This document shows positions 1 to 6,750 of a DNA stretch of 20,000 nucleotides, one piece after another. A program made the translations under genes and the position numbers. Source of the DNA: an uncultured virus (IMG/VR IMGVR_UViG_3300044611_002154) (Duplodnaviria > Heunggongvirae > Uroviricota > Caudoviricetes); the IMG/VR virus record IMGVR_UViG_3300044611_002154; one strand, given 5' to 3'. Positions within the stretch are counted from its first letter, which is position 1; every line of letters begins with the position of its first letter. The notes beneath the pieces were generated by a model. It did not search any database. It had not been told where the DNA came from and worked only from the letters and a program-made list of their open reading frames with translations.

Positions 1-9
1 GGGAGCCCT

Positions 10-387
10 ATGTCAAGAATGTTTTCCATTCCAGTAGCATTAAGCTACAACGGACGCGACTACATTGCTGAAATGGGGCCTTTTGAACGGAGCATGGAAA
101 GGGACTTTGCCCTTGTCGCCAATAAGAAAGCATTGGACGAATGTAACGACATTGATAAGCTCAAGGAGGTGGCATGGAATATGATGCAGGGCTGGAGCAA
201 CATGCAAGATGCCACTGCTTCGCTTGTCAAGGAAAACCTTGAACTGCGTCAAGCCATGCAGATTCAGCAAATGGACTTAGAAGCAGCAGATGCTTTGCTT
301 GGCGAAGCTGGAGAAGCCATCAAGACATTCGCAGAACAGCAGCAATCTTCTCAAGCCAAGCGATTTCTTTGGCCGTTTGGGAAGTAA
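10..387 (+). CDS. Hypothetical helical protein with possible NblA-like N-terminal/central region and a coiled-coil tail
   Basis: 125-aa ORF. Segment SMERDFAL...LDECNDIDKLKEV...QDATASLVK follows the hydrophobic and charge spacing of NblA (LSLEQQF...LLK), judged by eye only. Confidence 0.55.
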   Translation: MSRMFSIPVALSYNGRDYIAEMGPFERSMERDFALVANKKALDECNDIDKLKEVAWNMMQGWSNMQDATASLVKENLELRQAMQIQQMDLEAADALLGEAGEAIKTFAEQQQSSQAKRFLWPFGK

Positions 388-682
388 GCAAAAATACTTT
401 CCAACCACAAAGCATGGCTAAGTTAAACTTTCTGGCGTCTCGTTCGTAGCCAGAGCCAGTAACATGACGACCACGATTAAAAGTGCCGCCTTGTATTTCA
501 ATGAGAGAGCGAGAAGGAAGATGTGCAAAATCTGCCCTGTAACGTTTTGAACGCTTGCTTTTTGCATAGCGCTCTTGAAAATCAGCTTCCCAAGCCTCTA
601 CATCGCTGAATTCCCTAATCAATGGGAGATCGGGATAGTGAGCTTGCCAAAGCCCGAGAAACTGATCTTCTAATGCGCTCAC
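320..682 (-). CDS. PD-(D/E)xK endonuclease (DUF559/Vsr-like, possible resolvase)
   Basis: Motif RYRADFA...LIEIQGG...GRH...GYERDARKFNLA...GWKV, typical of small phage DUF559-like nucleases. Confidence 0.75.
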   Translation of the reverse strand: MSALEDQFLGLWQAHYPDLPLIREFSDVEAWEADFQERYAKSKRSKRYRADFAHLPSRSLIEIQGGTFNRGRHVTGSGYERDARKFNLAMLCGWKVFLLTSQTAKEIAWLEKIAAVLRMS

Positions 683-685
683 GAG

Positions 686-1273
686 CTATACAGCAGCAAA
701 AGCTACTTTAGCTCCTTGATTTTGATATTTACCATCGCCATAGGCGCTGGCGACATCGTTTTCTAGCTTCATAAACATCACTTGAACGATGCCTTCATTA
801 GCGTAGACCCTTGCTGGAAAAGCCAAGGGATTGACAATACAAATAGTGAGATAGCCAGACCAGCCAGGCTCAATTGGCGTAACGTTAATGATTGTGCCTT
901 GACGTGCATACGTTGACTTCCCGTCAGTGATGCCCATCACATTGTTAGGCATCGAGATGCGTTCAAGGCTAACGCCAAGAGCGTAGGAAAAAGGCGGAAG
1001 CACAAAGAACGTGCTGCCATTTTCTTGCCGAGGCGTCTGCTCTTCCATCAGCTCCGTGTCGAAGCTTTTCACATCCAGATGGAAGTCCTTACTTACGCTG
1101 TTATCAATGACCATAAAGCCTTCAGGAGAAAGGCGCAGGTCATATCCAGCATGAGACAGTCCATAAGACAATGCTTTCGTGCCATTGTCTAGTTCGCGAC
1201 GCTTCTCTCCAGTGAAAGGAAAGATGATGTCGTTTTCAGCGAGAATGCTAATTTGCTTGTCGTTAAGAAGCAC
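686..1273 (-). CDS. dcd: dCTP deaminase
   Basis: SYGLSHAGYDLRL, GKSTYARQG, NVTPIEPGWSGYLT, YANEGIVQ and GKYQNQ motifs. Start placed at GTG 1273 (MLLNDKQI); the ORF track extends to 1315. Confidence 0.95.
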   Translation of the reverse strand: MLLNDKQISILAENDIIFPFTGEKRRELDNGTKALSYGLSHAGYDLRLSPEGFMVIDNSVSKDFHLDVKSFDTELMEEQTPRQENGSTFFVLPPFSYALGVSLERISMPNNVMGITDGKSTYARQGTIINVTPIEPGWSGYLTICIVNPLAFPARVYANEGIVQVMFMKLENDVASAYGDGKYQNQGAKVAFAAV

Positions 1274-1463
1274 TGTTTGAAGAGCGAGAAAACAAGCCCA
1301 TGGAGAGCCAAACAAGAATTGCGGCAGGCCAAAAGGGCACGGACGGCCAGATTGACTGGACCGCCCATGCCCCTACACAAGCCGCTCCAAAACTAAGTCC
1401 CAAGACAATGACCAATGCCAAAAGATAGACAGGCCAGTCAGTGGGTTCGGAGCGCTTTGCCAT
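1263..1463 (-). CDS. Small membrane protein (two hydrophobic segments)
   Basis: 66 aa, two TM-like stretches; its start overlaps the upstream stop at 1463. Confidence 0.65.
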   Translation of the reverse strand: MAKRSEPTDWPVYLLALVIVLGLSFGAACVGAWAVQSIWPSVPFWPAAILVWLSMGLFSRSSNSAS

Positions 1464-1747
1464 CAGAACAGATCGTCGTTAGACGAAGACGATGCGAAGC
1501 TGCTGCCTGCACTTTCGCCGTTCTGCCAGAAGGAAGAATAAGCTTTAGGGCTATTCTCCATCTTGTTGACAGTCACTTGTCCCTTGAAATGAGGGGCAGT
1601 GTCCTTATCACGCTTGTCGTTGTTCCACAGTGCCACGCGGAAGCTGTAGTTTCCTTGCGCATTGGGACCAGCCTTTTTGGCTGCATTCAGAATGTCGGGG
1701 GTGAGATCGACAGTACCGCTGAAAACGGGGAGATTGCCAGAGGGCAT
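1463..1747 (-). CDS. Putative single-stranded DNA-binding protein (small OB-like fold, acidic C-terminal tail)
   Basis: YSFRVALW...PHFKGQVTV beta-rich core, Ser-rich linker and terminal DDLF. Lies next to the exonuclease and in the same operon as the annealase. Confidence 0.65.
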   Translation of the reverse strand: MPSGNLPVFSGTVDLTPDILNAAKKAGPNAQGNYSFRVALWNNDKRDKDTAPHFKGQVTVNKMENSPKAYSSFWQNGESAGSSFASSSSNDDLF

Positions 1748-1794
1748 TTAGTGTTCCTCAGAAGGAGAGTGGTCGGCCCTGGAGGGGCTCTAGA

Positions 1795-1822
1795 AGCATA
1801 GCTGGTGCAGACGAGGAGTCAA
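1795..1822 (-). promoter_or_regulatory. Sigma70-type promoter for the SSB-like gene
   Basis: Minus strand reads TTGACT-N16-TATGCT. Confidence 0.45.
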
Positions 1823-2583
1823 GCTCCACGGTCCATAGAAATGGTTAAGGGGCGTCCGCCTGGGTAGTGCTCAAAAAAGTACTGTTGAGTCTTCTGAGCC
1901 ATGATCCCTGCCTGCATGGCAAGGTCAGTGCCATCAAGGCTCACGATTTGAGCCTCCTGCCCTTCACCAGTATCAGGGTCGTAAATGGCAATAGCGCAAT
2001 GCGCCTCGTTGATTTCGATGCCATACATCTGCTCAATGGCTTGGCAATAGGCTCCGAGCTGCATGCGGTAGTCGCCTAGCTGCGTATCAGGCTTTTGTTT
2101 GTAGCTTGTCTTCCAATCAAGCAGGGCGATATTGCCGTTGCCCATGGTCGCAAGCATGTCAAATGTGCCTGAGTAGCCAGTTTCAGTGGAGGGGCAATAC
2201 CAAGCAATGGCACTTTCCACCAACAATGGACTGGCCACGCTAGTTAGGAAGTTGGCAATGCTGTCGAAATAAGGAACGAACAATGGATGGGAGTCAAGAT
2301 GACAGTTGATGTCCTCGCCGTTCCAGAAATCCTCTAGCACGCCGTGAAGCCAATTGCCACGTTCTACGGCAGAGCGTGTGCGACGATTGGCTTCCTCATT
2401 GCCTACTTTCTTCCTCCAGTTCATGAGCGCCGCAATCTTGCCAGGCGGCGAACACGCGCTCGCAATAGTTGTCACAGAGGGCAAAACAATGCCTTCTGGG
2501 GCATTTGGAAAATTTTGCAAGCAATAGTAACGACGGTTGTTGATCTGAAGCCGATTGGGTTCGTAGCGGGCGAGAGAAGGCAT
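1819..2583 (-). CDS. PD-(D/E)xK exonuclease (Cas4/MGME1-like phage exonuclease)
   Basis: LPSVTTI...NWRKKVGNEEA...RGNWLH, GYSGTFD, LLDWKTS and QLGAY motifs. Likely start MPSLAR at 2583. Confidence 0.9.
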   Translation of the reverse strand: MPSLARYEPNRLQINNRRYYCLQNFPNAPEGIVLPSVTTIASACSPPGKIAALMNWRKKVGNEEANRRTRSAVERGNWLHGVLEDFWNGEDINCHLDSHPLFVPYFDSIANFLTSVASPLLVESAIAWYCPSTETGYSGTFDMLATMGNGNIALLDWKTSYKQKPDTQLGDYRMQLGAYCQAIEQMYGIEINEAHCAIAIYDPDTGEGQEAQIVSLDGTDLAMQAGIMAQKTQQYFFEHYPGGRPLTISMDRGA

Positions 2584-2622
2584 AGAAAGGGCGTTGAGAC
2601 ATAGGTCGTAGCAAGGCATTGA

Positions 2623-2847
2623 TTAAAGCAGTGCGCTCATTTCATCTTTGAGCATTTCAATGTCGTGCTCTAAATGGTGAACAGTGTCACGAAGATCCAA
2701 GATGTCATTTTGCATTTCTCCCAAGAGATTAAATAGGCTTTCTAATTTCAGGCCGCGATCAGCCATTAACAAATCAGCCACTTCGTGGCCGAGTGGATCC
2801 AGAAACGATGAGGAGAGGATCGTCTCGCGGTTGTTTTTAGTGGTCAT
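2623..2847 (-). CDS. Hypothetical coiled-coil protein
   Basis: ATG at 2847 just after the HNH stop; heptad-like C-terminus. Confidence 0.55.
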   Translation of the reverse strand: MTTKNNRETILSSSFLDPLGHEVADLLMADRGLKLESLFNLLGEMQNDILDLRDTVHHLEHDIEMLKDEMSALL

Positions 2848-2854
2848 TTTTCGT

Positions 2855-3472
2855 TCAAGACATATCTGATGGAAGTAAATGCGAATTGGAAGCAATGTAA
2901 TCACCAAGTATTTGCTCTAATTGCTCTTGCCTTGTTTCTATACCTTTCATGTGCTGAATAATACTTAATTCAAGGTGTTGGTCGTTATCCAACCAGCAGC
3001 TTACATTTTTTTTACCTTCCCTAGTTTCTGGTCTTTTTGATTTAACTGGTGGAATAAAAGACGGATCGCGAAAAGACTGCATTTCCTTGCCGCTTCGCAA
3101 ATGTTCATGTAATTTTTGACCAAGGGGTACTTTTTCGTAAGGCCAAAGAGATTCAGTGCTGGAAGGTCGTATAAATTTTACCCCTAAAAAAGTTGCTCGG
3201 CGTCTTAATCCATTGCGCGAAAGATTCCATTTTTTTTCTAAGTCCCTAATAGGAATTCCTTGCTCGGGATGATTTTGTGGAATTTTTGTTCCTTTTCCAC
3301 GATTGCAGTCAGCGCATAGTACTTGAAGATTCTGCTCCACCGTGGCGCCTCCTTTGCTTCGTGGAATAATGTGGTCAATTTCAAGGCAGTTGGTCGCACC
3401 ACATGCGCAACATTTAAAACCATCACGCTCTAATATTTTGTAGCGAAGGGTTTTGGGAATTGTTTTGCTCAT
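2855..3472 (-). CDS. HNH endonuclease (CxxC...HNH...CxxCN) with C-terminal HTH- and RHH-like segments
   Basis: ILERDGFKCCACG...LEIDHIIPRSKGG...NLQVLCADCNRGKG. Confidence 0.9.
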   Translation of the reverse strand: MSKTIPKTLRYKILERDGFKCCACGATNCLEIDHIIPRSKGGATVEQNLQVLCADCNRGKGTKIPQNHPEQGIPIRDLEKKWNLSRNGLRRRATFLGVKFIRPSSTESLWPYEKVPLGQKLHEHLRSGKEMQSFRDPSFIPPVKSKRPETREGKKNVSCWLDNDQHLELSIIQHMKGIETRQEQLEQILGDYIASNSHLLPSDMS

Positions 3473-3624
3473 TTTTCATTCATGTCCCAGAAATATTCGC
3501 AGCCTTCTTCCGTATGAGGCGGCGCTGCAAAATAACTTTGGAAGCGATCAGCGGGCGCCATGTAACGCCAGCAATCTTCCTTGACAGGGCATTCGTGGCC
3601 CGTACACATTGCAATATCAGGCAA
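3469..3624 (-). CDS. Small Cys-rich phage protein (51 aa; not in ORF track)
   Basis: TTG start, translation MPDIAMCTGHECPVKEDCWRYMAPADRFQSYFAAPPHTEEGCEYFWDMNEK. Fills the gap and overlaps both neighbours. Confidence 0.75.
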   Translation of the reverse strand: MPDIAMCTGHECPVKEDCWRYMAPADRFQSYFAAPPHTEEGCEYFWDMNEK

Positions 3625-4189
3625 TTTTTTGCTCCTTTAAGACTTGAGGGACAAGGCGAATCCGCATTTTTGTATCAATACCAAGCTTGTTTTGGTGGCA
3701 AGATACATGCATGGGATAACCGCAGTATCCCGTAATTAGACAGGCATATTTATAGCGAAAGCTTTCTTTTGTGCCCGCCGCTTGACACTGTTTCCAGTGG
3801 CCAGATTTGACATTTTTCTTTCCTGCGATTGATCCTCCAATTTTTCCTGCATTTGAATACTGCTCAAAAGATAAAGCTTGACCACCTTTTGATCCAGCTT
3901 TCTTGTTTTTAATGGTCATCCACTCATGAAATAAATCCAATAATTCTGGCCAGTCATGCTCTATAAATACTTGTTCCCAGCTCCAAATACAAGGATGATT
4001 CATAACGCAAGATTGGATCACTCCATGGGCCGCATGTTGAGATGTGGTTAATTTGACTGTTTCCGTTCCGCCAAAGCACTTGGGTGTTGGATGATGTGCA
4101 TTATGCAGTAAATCTGGATCAAGCCCAATTGATTCATTGTGCTCAAGGCATTTTGATGTGAAAAAATTTAAATCATCAATTGTTGGCAT
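3617..4189 (-). CDS. HNH-type homing endonuclease-like protein
   Basis: HHPTPKCFGG...VKLT..QHAAH core followed by Gly/Lys-rich (KGG, GKIGG) DNA-binding-like tail. Start uncertain (4189 preferred; track gives 4285). Confidence 0.7.
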   Translation of the reverse strand: MPTIDDLNFFTSKCLEHNESIGLDPDLLHNAHHPTPKCFGGTETVKLTTSQHAAHGVIQSCVMNHPCIWSWEQVFIEHDWPELLDLFHEWMTIKNKKAGSKGGQALSFEQYSNAGKIGGSIAGKKNVKSGHWKQCQAAGTKESFRYKYACLITGYCGYPMHVSCHQNKLGIDTKMRIRLVPQVLKEQKIA

Positions 4190-4421
4190 TGTTTTGTTTT
4201 GAACCCATTTCAACTCGGACAAGATTACAGGAGTGAGCGATGTCATAGAAAAATTGACAGGTGTCTGTTTTGGAGTGCAAGGCAAGTTGTCCGCTTAGCA
4301 TTGAATCCGCCACCGTGGCCAGAACAGCAGCAATACGACGGTCGCTGCTAAGCGTATCGTCAGGAAAGCTCCAGAATGCTTCATGGCAGGCATCAATCAG
4401 CGTCCGTCTGTTCGTCAACAT
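4176..4421 (-). CDS. Hypothetical protein
   Basis: 81-aa ORF packed in the operon. Confidence 0.55.
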   Translation of the reverse strand: MLTNRRTLIDACHEAFWSFPDDTLSSDRRIAAVLATVADSMLSGQLALHSKTDTCQFFYDIAHSCNLVRVEMGSKQNNANN

Positions 4422-4644
4422 TTTTCAGCAGGTCCGAAAACTCTTCTGCTTGTGCATTGAAGGCATCAACAATGAGAGAACGGGAGTAACCACAGCCCAT
4501 CAAATAGCAAGCAAAGTCCTCGACAACTTCGTATATAGTTGCCTTGTAGCTTGTCACTTCAATGTCAAAGCTTGGATCGCCATAGCGATTAGTTATTGAA
4601 TGCTTCCATGAATGTTTCCATGGAGAAAGAGAAGAATCGTTCAT
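4393..4644 (-). CDS. Hypothetical protein
   Basis: 83-aa ORF; ATGA overlap with the upstream gene. Confidence 0.65.
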   Translation of the reverse strand: MNDSSLSPWKHSWKHSITNRYGDPSFDIEVTSYKATIYEVVEDFACYLMGCGYSRSLIVDAFNAQAEEFSDLLKNVDEQTDAD

Positions 4645-4781
4645 GGTAGAACTAAGCTTGCAAGGAACAGAATGAGCAAGGCTAGAGCTGTAGAGGCAAA
4701 AGCAACCAGCAGGAACAAGCCAAGAGGATCGTCAGCTAAAGAGGCTGGAAGAAATGCAATCAAGAGGGGCATGGTCTTCAT
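4641..4781 (-). CDS. Small hydrophobic membrane protein (46 aa; not in ORF track)
   Basis: MKTMPLLIAFLPASLADDPLGLFLLVAFASTALALLILFLASLVLP; its TGA overlaps the next ATG. Confidence 0.6.
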   Translation of the reverse strand: MKTMPLLIAFLPASLADDPLGLFLLVAFASTALALLILFLASLVLP

Positions 4782-4800
4782 TAAGGCAAATGGTTCCAGC

Positions 4801-4822
4801 AAAGGCCCGCGCAAAGCGGGCC
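4801..4822 (-). terminator. Hairpin/terminator downstream of the annealase gene
   Basis: GGCCCGC-loop-GCGGGCC followed by TTT on the minus strand. Confidence 0.5.
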
Positions 4823-4832
4823 GCTGCTAGAT

Positions 4833-5783
4833 CTATGGCTTTTTTGCAACGAAAGCTTTCATTGCTTCAACCATTGCCTCCGCCGTATCACAGGCGCGAA
4901 CAAGATCAATTTCCTTGGTCATCTCTGTTTTGGTGATGACCATTTGCTCTTCTTTTGCCCAGACAGTCATCATGGCTGCTGCCACATTGCCAAACTGCTG
5001 CCACGTCTTCACTTCAGTGGCACGAGACAAACCAATGGCTTCCAGGGCGGCCTTACCAAGCGCCATGCTGTTCTTCTCGTCGGCATAACCAAACGGATTG
5101 GCTTTGCAAATGGTGGTCAGGGCAGTTTTGGCATCGAAGGCCCCTGCATCATCGGCGACAGGAGCTGACGCTGCTCCAGAAGGTTCAGGAGCTGGTTTAG
5201 CTGCCGCTGGCGCCTTGCTTGTCCGCGCAGCTTGCTTCGGAGCTTCCTGTTGCAGCGGGAGTTTGGCCGTTGCTTTTTCATCTTCTTTAGGGATGTCCTC
5301 TCCTGCATAGAGACGCAGACCAAGACCAGTGAAGGTGGCAATAGCCTTGACTGCAGCACGCTGACAGTTGTCAGAGATGGCACGACCATCAAGCTCCTTG
5401 ATGGAATTGTGCTTCCTGTCCATGATCGGGAAGATCAAGGCAACAGTACGGCGGCAGCCATCAGTGAGATAGGGGCGAAGATAGTAAGCGCCTGGTGTGC
5501 CAAACACCACTTCCCCAATGGTCTTTTCTTCAAAGGCCACAAAATACGTCGGGAAATGCTCCTTCAAATAGCGGTAGGCAAAAGGCCAAGACAAATAAGA
5601 CAGGCCCTTGTAGTCTTTCTCAATGTGAGGGCCAATGTCGGGCGTGTCATAAGCGGCCTTGAAAGCTTCGGCACTGATCTCCAGGGGAGAGAAAATACCG
5701 TTGTAACGATCCATTGCAGCTTGCTGGGCAGGGTCCATGGAAGAAAAATCAGACGGGGGGTAGAGCATAAAAGAATGATTCAC
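4833..5783 (-). CDS. Sak3/DUF1071-like single-strand annealing protein (Rad52 superfamily)
   Basis: IEKDYKGLSYLSWPFAY...PIMD...I.D..QRA.VKAIA..GLGL.LYAGEDIP, then an Ala/Pro linker and helical C-terminal domain. Confidence 0.85.
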   Translation of the reverse strand: MNHSFMLYPPSDFSSMDPAQQAAMDRYNGIFSPLEISAEAFKAAYDTPDIGPHIEKDYKGLSYLSWPFAYRYLKEHFPTYFVAFEEKTIGEVVFGTPGAYYLRPYLTDGCRRTVALIFPIMDRKHNSIKELDGRAISDNCQRAAVKAIATFTGLGLRLYAGEDIPKEDEKATAKLPLQQEAPKQAARTSKAPAAAKPAPEPSGAASAPVADDAGAFDAKTALTTICKANPFGYADEKNSMALGKAALEAIGLSRATEVKTWQQFGNVAAAMMTVWAKEEQMVITKTEMTKEIDLVRACDTAEAMVEAMKAFVAKKP

Positions 5784-6043
5784 TGCTTCGACTGTGGCAA
5801 GCTCATGTATTCGCCATACATAATGACGAAATCAATGCTCATCTCAGAACCTTCGTTCTTGGTGATGATGCTCTTGCCAGGTAGGGGCCAATCAGGAATG
5901 GCGCGAATGTCAGTGGGTAGCTCGTAATACTTAGCATCGAAACCATCATCGATGGTTCCTTGCTCCCATAGGAGCTTTATGTCTTGATCGCCATGCTCAA
6001 GAAGAAATTCTTCGCAGGCAAGTTTAAGCTGAGAAACTTTCAT
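5780..6043 (-). CDS. Hypothetical protein
   Basis: 87-aa ORF; MKVSQL...HGDQDI N-terminus similar to the upstream ORF. Confidence 0.7.
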   Translation of the reverse strand: MKVSQLKLACEEFLLEHGDQDIKLLWEQGTIDDGFDAKYYELPTDIRAIPDWPLPGKSIITKNEGSEMSIDFVIMYGEYMSLPQSKQ

Positions 6044-6046
6044 TGA

Positions 6047-6292
6047 TCAGTCGTTGTTGTAAAACAGGACGGCATAGGCAGATTCTTTTTCGTCTACCTC
6101 TTGCTCTTCAATTGGCGTGCCGGGCAGGCCAGCATGCGGGCTGTTCATGATGCGCAAACCAATAATTTTGTACAAACTTGCAATACCGTTGATGTCGCCG
6201 GCATCGTAAGTGCCTAGCGCTCCAATTTCAATGTCACCATATTTAATGATTGCTTTTTCAAGCTGCCTCATTAAGTCAGAAAGCTTCATCAT
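6047..6292 (-). CDS. Hypothetical protein
   Basis: Likely start MMKLSDL at 6292; MKLSDL...KYGDIEI motif. Confidence 0.65.
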   Translation of the reverse strand: MMKLSDLMRQLEKAIIKYGDIEIGALGTYDAGDINGIASLYKIIGLRIMNSPHAGLPGTPIEEQEVDEKESAYAVLFYNND

Positions 6293-6518
6293 GTTCTGGG
6301 GAGTCAATGGAAGATGTGGAATAGTCTTCAATGAGATCAAAGGCACCGTTGGCAAGAGTGGCGCTGCCCTCCCAAATTGGCGTGGAACGAACAAGGCGTT
6401 CTAGGGTTTCGCTGAGGCTCAATCGAGCTTCATGGGCGATGTTGCCAAGATGGGCGTAGGCAGTGTCAGTTAAGCTGAAATGCCGGCCCTTTTTCAGCTC
6501 TTTGTTACCGTTTGTCAT
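6276..6518 (-). CDS. Ribbon-helix-helix (CopG/Arc-like) regulator
   Basis: KKGRHFSLTDTAYAHLGNIAHEARLSLSETLERLVR is a beta strand plus two helices; first gene of the leftward operon. Confidence 0.7.
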   Translation of the reverse strand: MTNGNKELKKGRHFSLTDTAYAHLGNIAHEARLSLSETLERLVRSTPIWEGSATLANGAFDLIEDYSTSSIDSPEHDEAF

Positions 6519-6608
6519 AAAACAGGGGGGCAAGCAGGTAGCCAATTGAAAAGCCGATAAGGCCGGCTAGCCAGAGTTCCATGAACGAGAGGCATCGGGA
6601 ACATGGCC

Positions 6609-6637
6609 AGACTAGCCATAGTTTTGAGCCCTGCCAA
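6609..6637 (-). promoter_or_regulatory. Putative sigma70 promoter of the leftward operon
   Basis: Minus strand TTGGCA-N17-TAGTCT in the divergent intergenic region. Confidence 0.45.
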
Positions 6638-6750
6638 CCGTCCAAGCTATTGTTTTCGCTTATCGTTTATTTCATTTTGCATTGTTTTAGCTTATAGGGC
6701 GGCTGCTTCTTGATTTCCTTGCTACAACGGGAGCGATTCCACCACTTTCC

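Noticed and set aside
1819..2619. Cas4 as part of a CRISPR-Cas system
   Set aside because: No other cas genes or array; context is a phage recombination operon; no clear four-Cys Fe-S pattern
5232..5927. 231-aa plus-strand ORF and other antisense ORFs (e.g. 1415-1801, 10575-10994, 16422-16769)
   Set aside because: They are shadows of well-supported genes on the opposite strand and show no recognisable motifs
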